From: Alphaproteobacteria bacterium
GTDB taxonomy: Bacteria > Pseudomonadota > Alphaproteobacteria > MPNO01
DNA length: 64,000 nt
Reading direction: 5' to 3'
Assembly (NCBI GenBank): GCA_964291675.2
Contig: OZ219865.1
Span: 352,001-416,000, forward strand
Notes under the pieces: generated by a model
What the model was told of the DNA's origin: nothing
Databases searched by the model: none
What the model saw: the letters and a program-made list of their open reading frames with translations, nothing else
Made by a program: the position numbers and the translations under genes
Shown here: piece by piece, positions 9,980-19,393 of the stretch
Numbering within the stretch: the first letter of the stretch is position 1
Layout: each line of letters begins with the position of its first letter

Positions 9980-10499
9980 GCGTCATGCCCGGACCCGTTC
10001 CGGCCGTCCATCCGTTTGCCTGGCGACAGGCGGCTCTTGCCGGGAGAGATGCCCGGAACGAGTCCACTGCTGTCCGGTTTGGATGAGCTGGACCGGGCGC
10101 AAAGCCTTGTTCCGGGCGGGATATCGGCGCATCCGCCGGATCGGGACACGGATCGCCGCACGCCCGCACCTGCCGTCCCTGCCCCTCCGTTGTCACCCCG
10201 GCCTCGTTCCGGGCACCCACGGGCGGGGCGGGCCGCACCCGGCTCCCGTACTCCTCCACCGCGACCACCACCTCGTCATGGCCGGACTTGATCCGGCCAC
10301 CCATGCGCGGACTTGATCCGCGCAACCACTGGCGCCACCGGTACAACGCCCCGTCGGGAGGAGCGGCGGCGCCAGTGGGTGCCCGGATCAAGTCCGGGCA
10401 TGACGATGGGGGGAGGCATGGTGATGGGGCGGGAAACGCCGGGCGCGACGCGCGTCGAAGGCTAAACCGGACAGCAGTGGAACGAGTCCGGGCATGACG
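9980..10499. repeat. Cluster of GTCATG-type REP-like palindromes
   Basis: Units such as cgtcatgcccggacccgttccgg (9980), cgtcatggccggacttgatccggccaccca (10274) and tgggtgcccggatcaagtccgggcatgacg (10376). Confidence 0.85.
10064..10480. mobile_element. MITE-like element (417 bp) inserted in a REP hairpin loop
   Basis: Perfect 17-bp TIR ccactgctgtccggttt (10064-10080) / aaaccggacagcagtgg (10464-10480), flanked by direct repeat aacgagt (10057-10063, 10481-10487). Confidence 0.75.
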
Positions 10500-10620
10500 A
10501 GGTATGGGAAGGGCCCGGCCGGAGGACCGCAAATCGACCCGATGCGGGGCGGGCGGCGAGTTCGTTGACATCCTTCGTCCCCGGGCCGAGGATCGCAGCC
10601 GATCCTTGGGAGGCGAGACC

Positions 10621-11049
10621 ATGCAGACACCCAATACCGACGCCCATGCCGGCATCGACGCGCTGGCGTCGCGCTATGTCGACGTCGAGTCCCTCGACTG
10701 GCAGACGACCCCGTTCGAGGGCGTGTCCGCCAAGATCCTGCTGCAGGACGGGAACGGCGGCGTGCGCACCATGCTGGTGAAGATGGAGCCGGGCGCGACG
10801 ATCCCGGACCACAAGCATACCGGGCTGGAGCAGAGCTACATCCTCGAAGGTACGCTTGAGGACCATGACGGGGTGTGCGGGCCGGGCCAGTATGTCTGGC
10901 GCCCGCCCGGCAACCGCCATGTCGCGACCTCGCCCGGCGGGGCGCTGATGCTGGTGATGTTCGAGACGCCCAACGTCTATTACGACGGACCCGCCAAGGG
11001 CGGGACGATGGAGGCATACATGGCCGGCAAGGTGCCGGCCGAGGCCTGA
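10621..11049 (+). CDS. ChrR-like cupin domain protein
   Basis: VKMEPGATIPDHKHTGLEQSYILEG...VWRPPGNRH. Confidence 0.88.
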   Translation: MQTPNTDAHAGIDALASRYVDVESLDWQTTPFEGVSAKILLQDGNGGVRTMLVKMEPGATIPDHKHTGLEQSYILEGTLEDHDGVCGPGQYVWRPPGNRHVATSPGGALMLVMFETPNVYYDGPAKGGTMEAYMAGKVPAEA

Positions 11050-11052
11050 GCG

Positions 11053-11337
11053 ATGGCGGCCTATCTGATCGCCGAGACCCGCGAGGTGCGGGACGCGGAT
11101 CTGCTGAAGGAATATGTCGGGCTCGCGGTCGCCGACTCCGAGGCCGCCGGCGGCAGGGTGGTCGCGATGGGGCCGGGCGAGAGGCTGGAGGGCGACTGGA
11201 CCCCCGAGCGCCTGGTCGTGGTCGAGTTCGAGTCGATGGCCGCCCTCAGGGCCTGGTACGAAGCGCCCTCGTACCAGCAATTGATCCCGATGCGGGAGCG
11301 GGCCTGCGACTCCCGGCTGGTGATCGTCGGCGAATGA
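11053..11337 (+). CDS. DUF1330 family protein
   Basis: MAAYLIAE...GGR...LEGDW...VVVEFES...WYEAPSYQ. Confidence 0.9.
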   Translation: MAAYLIAETREVRDADLLKEYVGLAVADSEAAGGRVVAMGPGERLEGDWTPERLVVVEFESMAALRAWYEAPSYQQLIPMRERACDSRLVIVGE

Positions 11338-12218
11338 GCCAGCGCTGGTCGGTGGGTGCGGTCCGCATCGACCGGGTCGTGGAGTTCGAGCAGCCGCTGC
11401 TGCCGCCGCTCGCACTCCTGCCCGACATCGACGACGAGATTCTCGCGCGCCACCGCGGCTGGCTCGAACCCGATCTGCTGGACCCCGACACCGGCAGGCT
11501 GGTGCTCGCCTTCCACAGCTTCGCGATCCGCACGCCCGAAAGCACGATCCTGGTCGACACCTGCAGCGGCAACGACCGCGAGCGGCCGGGCAAGCCGCGC
11601 TATCACAGGAAGAGCTGGCCCTATCTGGAAAACCTCGCCGCGGCGGGGATTTCGCCGGAGGCGGTCGACTACGTGCTCTGCACCCATCTCCATGTCGACC
11701 ATGTCGGCTGGAACACCCGCCTGCTCGACGGGCGCTTCGTGCCGACCTTTCCCAACGCGCGCTATCTGTTCGACCGGCGGGAATGGGCGTTCTGGCAGGC
11801 GGAGTACGAGACCGAGCGCTTCACCGACGACCCCTATCACGAGGACAGCATCCTGCCGGTGATCGCCGCCGGCCAGGTCGATCTGGTCTCCGGCGAGCAT
11901 GAGATCGACCCCTGGGTGCGGCTCGAGCCGTCGCCCGGCCACACGCCGGGCCATGTTTGCGTCCGCATCCGCGACGGCGCCTGGGAGGCGGTGATGACCG
12001 GCGACATGATGCATCACCCGCTGCAATGCGCCGAGCCCGCGCTCAACTCCTGCTTCTGCGTCGACCCCGGGCAGTCCTTCCGCACCCGGCTCGCCTTCCT
12101 CGAACGCCACGCCGACGGCGGCGCCCTGGTGCTGCCGGCGCATTTCCCGACGCCCACCGGCGGCCGGATCCTCGGCGTCGGCGCCGGCTTCCGGTTTTCC
12201 TTCGCGCGGCGCCGCTGA
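11334..12218 (+). CDS. MBL-fold metallo-hydrolase (AHL-lactonase-like)
   Basis: THLHVDHVGWN, PGHTPGH, GDMMH, PAHF. Confidence 0.92.
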   Translation: MSQRWSVGAVRIDRVVEFEQPLLPPLALLPDIDDEILARHRGWLEPDLLDPDTGRLVLAFHSFAIRTPESTILVDTCSGNDRERPGKPRYHRKSWPYLENLAAAGISPEAVDYVLCTHLHVDHVGWNTRLLDGRFVPTFPNARYLFDRREWAFWQAEYETERFTDDPYHEDSILPVIAAGQVDLVSGEHEIDPWVRLEPSPGHTPGHVCVRIRDGAWEAVMTGDMMHHPLQCAEPALNSCFCVDPGQSFRTRLAFLERHADGGALVLPAHFPTPTGGRILGVGAGFRFSFARRR

Positions 12219-12265
12219 GGTGCCGAGCGACATACATCGCATAGTTCAACCCATTGGAGGTGGAG

Positions 12266-12466
12266 ATGATCTTTTTCGACAGGTCCGGAACCCGGACAAG
12301 ACGTTGGCTGCGCGGCGGCGCCGCGATGTTGCTGGCGGCTTCGCTCGCCGGCTGCGAAACGGCCGGCGATGTGGGCTCGGCCGTGGTCTCGGGGGTGGAA
12401 TCCGTTGGCGACTGGATCGCGGACGCCTTTGACGGCGGGGACGAAGGCAAGGACAAGGCCGAGTAG
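12266..12466 (+). CDS. Small putative lipoprotein
   Basis: GGAG RBS, basic N-terminus, hydrophobic stretch, lipobox LAGC. Confidence 0.6.
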   Translation: MIFFDRSGTRTRRWLRGGAAMLLAASLAGCETAGDVGSAVVSGVESVGDWIADAFDGGDEGKDKAE

Positions 12467-12555
12467 CGTTCCGCCGTTCGATCGTTGCGTGTCGGTTGCT
12501 TCCCCCGAAGCCCGGCCTATGCTCTCGGCCGTCGCCATTCTTGGAAGGGTTGGAC

Positions 12556-14208
12556 ATGTCCGACGGCGCCGCGCGACGCGACAACCCGTATGACAGCGGG
12601 CTGGAGAAGAACGCGGCCAATTTCGCCGCGCTGACGCCGCTCAGCTTCCTCAAGCGCACCGCCGCGGTCTATCCCGACCGTCCTTCGGCGATCCACGGCG
12701 GACGCCGCTTCACCTGGCGCGAGACCGAGCGGCGCTGCCGCGCGCTGGCCTCTGCGCTCGCCGGGCTCGGAATCCGCAGGGGCGACACGGTGGCGGTCTT
12801 CGCGCCCAACGTGCCGGCCATCCTGGAGGCCCATTTCGGCGTGCCGATGACGGGCGCGGTGCTGAACGCGATCAACATCCGGCTCGACGCCGAGACCGTC
12901 GCCTTCATCCTCGCCCACGGCGAGGCGCGCGTGCTGCTGACCGACCGCGAGTTCTCGCCGGTGATCGCGGACGCGCTCGGCCGGCTGGAGCGCCGGCCCC
13001 GCGTGATCGACATCGACGATGCGGCGGCCGGCGGCGGCGAGCTCATCGGCGACGTCGAGTACGAGGATTTCGTCGCCTCCGGCGATCCCGAATTCGACTG
13101 GAACCCGCCGGCGGACGAGTGGGACGCGATCGCGCTCAACTACACCTCGGGCACGACCGGCAATCCGAAGGGCGTCGTCTACCACCACCGGGGCGCCTAT
13201 CTCAACGCGCTCGGCAATCTGGTCGCCCAGGCGATCCCGCCGCACCCGGTCTATCTCTGGACCCTGCCGATGTTCCACTGCAACGGCTGGTGCTTTCCGT
13301 GGACGATCACCGCGCTTGCCGGCACCCATGTCTGCCTGCGCCGGGTCGAGGCGGAGCCGGTCTACCGGGCGATCGCCGACGACGGGGTGACCCATTTCTG
13401 CGGCGCCCCGGTGGTGCTCAACATGCTGGCCAACGCGCCGGCCGGGCACAGGCGGGCGCTGCCGCGCCGGGTCGAGGCGATGACCGCGGGCGCGCCGCCG
13501 CCGGCCACCGTCATCGAGGCGATGGAGGCGGCGGGCTTTCGCATCACCCATGTCTACGGCCTGACCGAGACCTACGGTCCCGACGTGGTGTGCGCCTGGA
13601 ACGGCGACTGGGACGCCCTGCCGGCGGCCGACCGGGCCGGGCTCAAGGCGCGCCAGGGCGTCGCCTACCCGGTGCAGGAGGACATCATGGTCGCCGATGC
13701 CGGGACGCTGGAGCCGGTGCCGAAGGACGGCGCGACGATGGGCGAGGTGATGCATCGCGGCAACATCGTCATGAAGGGCTATCTCAAGAACGGCCAGGCG
13801 ACGGAAGAGGCGTTCGCCGGCGGCTGGTTCCACTCGGGCGATCTCGGGGTGTGGCACGCGGACGGCTATGTCGAGCTCAAGGACCGCTCCAAGGACATCA
13901 TCATCTCGGGCGGCGAGAACATATCGAGCATCGAGGTCGAGGAGGTGCTCTACCGCCACCCCGCCGTGCTCGAGGCCGCGGTCACCGCCCGGCCCGACGA
14001 CAAGTGGGGCGAGACGCCGTGTGCCTTCGTCACGCTGAAAGAGGGCGGTCGCGCGACCGAGGCGGAGATCGTCGCGTTCTGCCGCGACAACCTCGCGCAT
14101 TTCAAGGCGCCGAAGACGGTGGTGTTCTGCGACCTGCCCAAGACGTCTACCGGGAAGGTGCAGAAATTCGTGCTGCGCGAGCGCGCCCGCGCCCTCGACG
14201 GCGGCTGA
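12556..14208 (+). CDS. Acyl-CoA synthetase (AMP-binding)
   Basis: YTSGTTGNPKG, YGLTE, GWFHSGD, DRSKDIIISGGENI, PKTSTGK. Confidence 0.95.
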   Translation: MSDGAARRDNPYDSGLEKNAANFAALTPLSFLKRTAAVYPDRPSAIHGGRRFTWRETERRCRALASALAGLGIRRGDTVAVFAPNVPAILEAHFGVPMTGAVLNAINIRLDAETVAFILAHGEARVLLTDREFSPVIADALGRLERRPRVIDIDDAAAGGGELIGDVEYEDFVASGDPEFDWNPPADEWDAIALNYTSGTTGNPKGVVYHHRGAYLNALGNLVAQAIPPHPVYLWTLPMFHCNGWCFPWTITALAGTHVCLRRVEAEPVYRAIADDGVTHFCGAPVVLNMLANAPAGHRRALPRRVEAMTAGAPPPATVIEAMEAAGFRITHVYGLTETYGPDVVCAWNGDWDALPAADRAGLKARQGVAYPVQEDIMVADAGTLEPVPKDGATMGEVMHRGNIVMKGYLKNGQATEEAFAGGWFHSGDLGVWHADGYVELKDRSKDIIISGGENISSIEVEEVLYRHPAVLEAAVTARPDDKWGETPCAFVTLKEGGRATEAEIVAFCRDNLAHFKAPKTVVFCDLPKTSTGKVQKFVLRERARALDGG

Positions 14209-14218
14209 GGGTGCGGCC

Positions 14219-15529
14219 GTGGCGCAGCCCGAATACCCCCTCCCGCTGCCGCGCTCGCGCGACGAGATCGCGGCGATCTGGCGCGAGCGCCTGCCGATCG
14301 CCGTCGAGCGCGCCAGGCTCTCGCGGTTCTTCGCCGGGCGTCTCGACCATGTCGACACCGCCCGGCTCGACGACCCCGAAGAGTGGCGCAAGATCCCGAT
14401 CCTGACCAAGGACGAGCTGCGCGGACTCCCGGCCGAGACCTTCCACGAGGATTTCTGCATATCCGGCCGCGACGCGGCGGTCGAGTACTGGCGCTCCGGC
14501 GGGGTGACCGGAAAGCCGCTGTTCTACCCGCGCTCGGCGGCCGACATGCGCTACGGCATGGAGGGGTTCCGGCGCCTCCAGACCGCCGCCTGCTGCGGGC
14601 CCGGCGACCTGGTCCATGTCTGCTTCCCGCTCGGCATCCACCCGGTCGGCCTCGCCTATGCCCGCGCCGCCCAGCAGCTCGGCGCCGGGGTGGTGACCTG
14701 CGGGTCGGGCAACAACACCCCGACCGCGCTCCAGATCGAGCTGATCCGCACCCTGCGCCCGACCGTGATCGCCGGCATGGCGAGCTACGCGCTGCAGCTC
14801 GCCCAGCACGCCGAACGCCTCGGCATCGACCTCGCGTCCGGCTCGGTGCGCAAGATCCTGACCGCCGCCGAGCCGGTCTCGCCCGGCAAGCGCGAACGGC
14901 TGGAACGGCTCTGGGGCGCCGAGCTCTACGACCAGTTCGGCGTCACCGAGGGCTCGGCGATGGCGAGCGAGAGCGAGCGCCACGACGGCATGCATATCTG
15001 GACCGACCAGTATTTCGTCGAGGTGGTCGACGCCGATACCGGACAACCGGTGCCGGACGGCGAGATGGGGCTGCTGGTGGTCACGCCGCTGTGGAACAAC
15101 ACGATGACGCCGTTCCTGCGCTGGGAGACCGGCGACTATGTCCGCCTGGTCGACCGCGGCGCGACCGACGGGCCGTTCGGCGTCTTCCCGATGATCCGCC
15201 ACGCTGCGCGGACGGCGGGGTTCTTCAAGGTGCGCGGCATCAACATCAACCAGGCCGATATCGAGGATTTTCTCTACCGCAAGCCGGCGATCGCCGATTT
15301 CAAGATCGAGGCGGTCGAGACCGGGACCCTCGATGCGCTAAGAATCTCGGTCGAGCTGGCCGCCGGCACGGACGCGGCGGCCGCCGGCGCCGAGCTCGTC
15401 CGGTCGGTGCGGCAGGTCTTCGAGCTCACCCCTGAGGTCCAGGTCATTCCGCCCGGCACGCTGGAGCGCGAATTCGCCGGCGCGGTCAAGCAGAACCGCT
15501 TCGTCGACCGGCGCGGCACGCCGGCGTGA
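14219..15529 (+). CDS. Phenylacetate-CoA ligase-like adenylating enzyme
   Basis: IPILTKDEL, SGGVTGKP, FGVTE, PFLRWETGD, KVRGINI. Confidence 0.85.
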   Translation: MAQPEYPLPLPRSRDEIAAIWRERLPIAVERARLSRFFAGRLDHVDTARLDDPEEWRKIPILTKDELRGLPAETFHEDFCISGRDAAVEYWRSGGVTGKPLFYPRSAADMRYGMEGFRRLQTAACCGPGDLVHVCFPLGIHPVGLAYARAAQQLGAGVVTCGSGNNTPTALQIELIRTLRPTVIAGMASYALQLAQHAERLGIDLASGSVRKILTAAEPVSPGKRERLERLWGAELYDQFGVTEGSAMASESERHDGMHIWTDQYFVEVVDADTGQPVPDGEMGLLVVTPLWNNTMTPFLRWETGDYVRLVDRGATDGPFGVFPMIRHAARTAGFFKVRGININQADIEDFLYRKPAIADFKIEAVETGTLDALRISVELAAGTDAAAAGAELVRSVRQVFELTPEVQVIPPGTLEREFAGAVKQNRFVDRRGTPA

Positions 15530-15578
15530 GCGTCGCTCGATACGCGCCGGATCGAGTACCGGGCGTATCGAGGGACGC
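15530..15578. repeat. Hairpin between convergent genes, related to the REP-doublet ends
   Basis: gcgtc.ctcgatacgc...gcgtatcgag.gacgc shares the tcgatacgc/gcgtatcga ends of the 1087 and 24694 elements. Confidence 0.55.
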
Positions 15579-16541
15579 TCAGACCAGCTCGCGGCGGTAA
15601 TACTTCGCGAACCTCATCAGCGGCTCGTCGCTCATGCGGAAGAGCACCGCGTCCTCGTCCACGCTGTGCGAGACGCCGCGCCACATCGGACCGGCGAAGG
15701 TGTCGCCGCGCTCCCAGCAGATCGCCTCGCCGTCGATCGTCGTGGTGCCGCGCCCCTGCATGACGCAGAAGATCGCGTTGGTCGTCGCGCGCGCCGGCCG
15801 CGTCGTCTCGCCCGATTCGAGACGCAGCACGTCGAGCGCCATGCTCGGCATGTCGGGCGCGGCGAGGCGGATGCGCGTCCCCTCGACCCCCTCGGGGTCG
15901 GGCTCGGCGGCGTCCAGCGCCCGTTGCAGCCCGTCCCAGGAGAAGCGGAGCGGCGAGTCCTCGGTGACCAGCTCGACCTCCTCGAACCCGTCCGGGTGGT
16001 CCTCGACGAACATCGGCTCCAGCAGCTGCACCAGCGGCACGTCGAGCCCGTCGAACCAGTAGGCCGGGGCGTCCCCGTCATGGCCGTGGCCGTGCCACTG
16101 CCAGCCCGGGGTGAGCACGATGTCGCCGGTCTCCATCGGCGTCTTGATCCCGTCCACCGTCGAGTAGGCGCCTTCGGCGTCGATGATGACGCGGAGCGCG
16201 TGCGGCGCATGGCGGTGCGAGCGCGCCTTCTCGCCCGGCAAGATCATCTGGTAGGCCGAGACCAGGGTGCGGGTCGTCGCGATCCCGTCCGGGTCGGCCG
16301 GGTTGCGCATCACCAGGTTGCGCCGCTCGGCGAGCTCGGTGTTGATCAGCCGCCCGGCGGCATCGAGCGCCGGCTTGGCGACCGCGTAGCGCCAATGCGC
16401 CGGGCGGAAGGCGGTATCCGGCTCGGGCCGCAGGATCGGCTCGTCGCGGTCGATCCACCCCGGGGTCATCTCCACCCCGCCGAGCGCGGCGTAAAGCTCC
16501 TCCAGCGATCCCACCTCGGCGATGCTCGGTTCGGCGGTCAT
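15579..16541 (-). CDS. Gentisate 1,2-dioxygenase-like bicupin
   Basis: AERRNLVMRNP, QMILPGEKARSHRH, LTPGWQWHGH, WFDGLDVPLV. Confidence 0.88.
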   Translation of the reverse strand: MTAEPSIAEVGSLEELYAALGGVEMTPGWIDRDEPILRPEPDTAFRPAHWRYAVAKPALDAAGRLINTELAERRNLVMRNPADPDGIATTRTLVSAYQMILPGEKARSHRHAPHALRVIIDAEGAYSTVDGIKTPMETGDIVLTPGWQWHGHGHDGDAPAYWFDGLDVPLVQLLEPMFVEDHPDGFEEVELVTEDSPLRFSWDGLQRALDAAEPDPEGVEGTRIRLAAPDMPSMALDVLRLESGETTRPARATTNAIFCVMQGRGTTTIDGEAICWERGDTFAGPMWRGVSHSVDEDAVLFRMSDEPLMRFAKYYRRELV

Positions 16542-16708
16542 GGCGCGGGCTCCGTCGGTCGATGTTCGGGATTTGGACTATAGGGCGACGGCGCCCGGAA
16601 GGCGAACCGCGAACGGCCTGCCCGGAGCGGCAGAATTAGTCACCCATTCTACTGTAGGAGGTTGGTCTGCCGACAAATCCCGAAGCGGTCTGTTTGCCAA
16701 GGGCATTT

Positions 16709-17149
16709 TCAAGGTACGGAAGCGGCCCTGTCCTGCCATCTGCTCAAACTGAGGAATGCTCGCAGGTGGACCTCTGCGTCTTCCCAATCTCTTGCGTGCT
16801 CTTCCGGCAGGACTATTTCCGCATGGTAAATGTTGTCCTCTTGAGGGGTATACACAACTGTACGGCGACCCGAGCAAGCATCGCGTTTCGTGATAATCAA
16901 CCATCCTTGGATGCAATCTGACCCATCGATTCGGGCCGCTCTACTGTCTCCTTCGGCAGTGGCGAATTCCAAGCTTACGCCGTCGTACCTGTTGGTGGAG
17001 ATTCGAGCGTCGGGCCCTCGCGAGCCGCCGAACACGTCCTTTGTCCTTCTGCTGACTATTCGTTCTTCCAAGGGGCAATCCAATGCCCGCTTCTGCCGCT
17101 CCCGATAGACGTCCCTCCAGAGACCTTCGTCCTCGCCGATATCCTCCAC
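16709..17149 (-). CDS. Hypothetical protein, possible ADP-ribosyltransferase/RES-like fold (cassette gene 3)
   Basis: GTG at 17149, 5 bp after the upstream stop. Motif series EGLWR...ISTNR...NIYHAEI. The fold is inferred. Confidence 0.6.
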   Translation of the reverse strand: MEDIGEDEGLWRDVYRERQKRALDCPLEERIVSRRTKDVFGGSRGPDARISTNRYDGVSLEFATAEGDSRAARIDGSDCIQGWLIITKRDACSGRRTVVYTPQEDNIYHAEIVLPEEHARDWEDAEVHLRAFLSLSRWQDRAASVP

Positions 17150-17154
17150 GGTGC

Positions 17155-17949
17155 CTAACCTGCGGCAAGATCGCGCAGAGCCTTCTCGATGAACACGTCC
17201 GGGAGGCCGTCCATTTGATAGAACTTTGCTCGGCGGCTGTTTCCGCCAATCGTGGCGAAGCAATAGACGGTATCGTCGGGAGCGCACTCCACGGCCACGG
17301 ATGCACCCCACTTCATAGGCGCATCGATGGCGACCCCGCGTCTTTCCGTAGGCGACACCCGGTACCGCGCTGGCAGAATCGCGTAGAGCCTTGGCAGCAA
17401 GGTACGAGCATTGGCCACGGCCTCTGCATCCGGTTCCGGCAGGTCGTCCGCCTTCGCTTCCTCGTTCAGCGAATCCAGGTCCGAGAGAGCTTCCCGAAGG
17501 TCTCGGTCATCATGGGGCAACAGTTCGGCCGTGCCGGCGCCGCAGCCCTGCACCGCGTGCCGTGACATGCTCGCGGAAGGGGATAAGCCGGTACCTGCTA
17601 GGTACCCCTGCTCAAAGGCATCGAACGCTCCTTCGACAGGCCGAAGCCATCCAGCTGGATGAGGCCCGGAGCGTCCCGTGCGCATGACCAAGGACGCATC
17701 TTCCTTTCCAAGGGCTGCCAAGCGAAGAAGCCGCTCCAGCGTTTCGCGCTCAGCGGAAGCCTCATCGAAAGGAACGTACATGCCGCGTCCGTGCAGCTCG
17801 CCCAACTCATCCACCAGAGAGTGCCGTGTGGGTTCGCCACTAAACCCGCGCGTGGATGCCGTATTCTGGGTCCGCGACGCTGCCGTTGCCGGACTCCTCC
17901 CGAAAACCTGGTGATATGCCCGTTGCGCCACGTTCGCTGTGTCACTCAT
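17155..17949 (-). CDS. Hypothetical protein (cassette gene 2)
   Basis: ATGA overlap with the gene 1 stop. C-terminal globular-looking region PEPDAEAVANARTLL...VSPTERRGVAID. Confidence 0.7.
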   Translation of the reverse strand: MSDTANVAQRAYHQVFGRSPATAASRTQNTASTRGFSGEPTRHSLVDELGELHGRGMYVPFDEASAERETLERLLRLAALGKEDASLVMRTGRSGPHPAGWLRPVEGAFDAFEQGYLAGTGLSPSASMSRHAVQGCGAGTAELLPHDDRDLREALSDLDSLNEEAKADDLPEPDAEAVANARTLLPRLYAILPARYRVSPTERRGVAIDAPMKWGASVAVECAPDDTVYCFATIGGNSRRAKFYQMDGLPDVFIEKALRDLAAG

Positions 17950-18575
17950 TTCCATTCACCCTGGAAACTGCGAGTCAGGCTGTCGAACGCCGACCGGATG
18001 TAGTCCCTCGCGTCCGCTGCTTCGCTCAGCTTGGACGACAGTTCGTCGGTTGGGGCGACGTTTTGATGTCCGTTGATCGAGAAAAACAGGTTTGCTCCAC
18101 CGGAGCTGACATGCGGCTCAATCCTCAACGTGTATTGCACTGCCCCACGGAGGACGACCACGTGGCATTGGGTTTCGTCGAAGGATGAGCCGATCGCCTG
18201 CTGTACTTGGTCAGCGTCGTACATGCCCTTGCAGAACTCTGTCCCGGAAAGGCCGCCGATCCCTTGAGACAGCACGGCACTGAAGTTGAACCCCAGCCCC
18301 GTGACGCCATGCCCTTGGCTCAGAGCTTCCAATTCGGCAGCGACCCGCGCCGCCGCTGCCTCCAATTCATCAGAGAGGACGGCATCGGCGTTGTGGTCGA
18401 GCGAGATTCGGTCGTTTAGGACGGAGAACCGGTAGGTGTTCGATCCGTAGGCGTAGATTGCGAAATCGCCCACCGCCGTATAGTCCTTCGCCATCCGCTC
18501 GGGAAATAGCTCGTGCTCATCGAACAGCTGACGCCTAAAGCTGCCACCGACGAAAACAACGCTGGACGCGCCCAC
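17946..18575 (-). CDS. Hypothetical protein, reminiscent of TIGR04255-like sporadic proteins (cassette gene 1)
   Basis: GAGGAG RBS and GTG start; SVVFVGGSF...VTGLGFNF...NGH pattern; lower GC. Confidence 0.75.
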   Translation of the reverse strand: MGASSVVFVGGSFRRQLFDEHELFPERMAKDYTAVGDFAIYAYGSNTYRFSVLNDRISLDHNADAVLSDELEAAAARVAAELEALSQGHGVTGLGFNFSAVLSQGIGGLSGTEFCKGMYDADQVQQAIGSSFDETQCHVVVLRGAVQYTLRIEPHVSSGGANLFFSINGHQNVAPTDELSSKLSEAADARDYIRSAFDSLTRSFQGEWK

Positions 18576-19189
18576 TCGAAGCTCCTCTCTTGACCCTCCT
18601 GGTCTCGACCCACGCAGTACCCGGCAGTTCCCGTGTGGGCTTCGTTCCTTTCCGCTAGTCTAGGCAAGCCCAAACGACGGAGTCCACCACGCGCCCTCGC
18701 CAATTGCGTCTTGCGCTACGGTCCCAACAGGGCCTGGGGTGTCCTGTGGAAGCGGAGGGGCGTGGTCGTACCGCGCTCTTCCCTAAAGATTGGCACTGGC
18801 CCGGAATTCTCAAGAACAGGGGTACGTTGGGCCTCTCAGGTGATGAACGACTCCTGCGCCCGGGCTGAAGCGAACCGGTTGGTCCGTCAGACCGCATGAG
18901 TGGCCGCGGCGAACGCGACACAGAAGTCGCTGCTACCTCCTTGCAAGACGACCGTCAGTGCGGGTGTCGGGCGTCGAGAGGGGGACGGCCAGGTAGATGC
19001 TTGCTGTTCTTGGGCGCGCGCTTGGAGTCGGGTCTTGCAATTCCTTGCCTCCCGACCTCGTCGAGAAGCTCGGGTCGGCACCGCTCGGACATCGTTCGCA
19101 TGGCGTCATCCTTCCCAGCGATCTGCCCACGTAGTACCGACATGAGCGCTTCTTGAGTTGACGAAAATCTTCTAACCCCTTGAAAAAAC

Positions 19190-19263
19190 TGGAGGCCCGG
19201 AGCGGATTCGAACCGCTGTGAACGGATTTGCAGTCCGCTGGATAGCCACTCTCCCACCGGGCC
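19190..19263 (-). tRNA. tRNA-Cys(GCA)
   Basis: GGCCCGG acceptor, CTGCAAA anticodon loop, TTCGAAT T-loop, U73 discriminator, CCA; 74 nt. Confidence 0.97.
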
Positions 19264-19393
19264 GGGAGGTCGGGGGGAGGTTTTACGCGATTCCGCGGGG
19301 CAGGGGAACGGGTGGCGTTGTGTCGGCGCCGGGGATTTCGTATAGCTCGGGCAGAGCACAGGCCCGCGCGGTCGCGGGCCGGGAGGAGGCGCG

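Noticed and set aside
9980-10499. Repeat cluster as a CRISPR array
   Set aside because: The units are degenerate, in mixed orientation and irregularly spaced, and there are no cas genes.
17153-17159. GTTAGGC on the minus strand, like an integron core site before cassette gene 3
   Set aside because: No matching inverse core or attC hairpin and no intI were found. The motif overlaps the gene 2 stop codon.
18576-19189. Short ORFs between the cassette and tRNA-Cys
   Set aside because: None has a convincing RBS, motif or integrase remnant.
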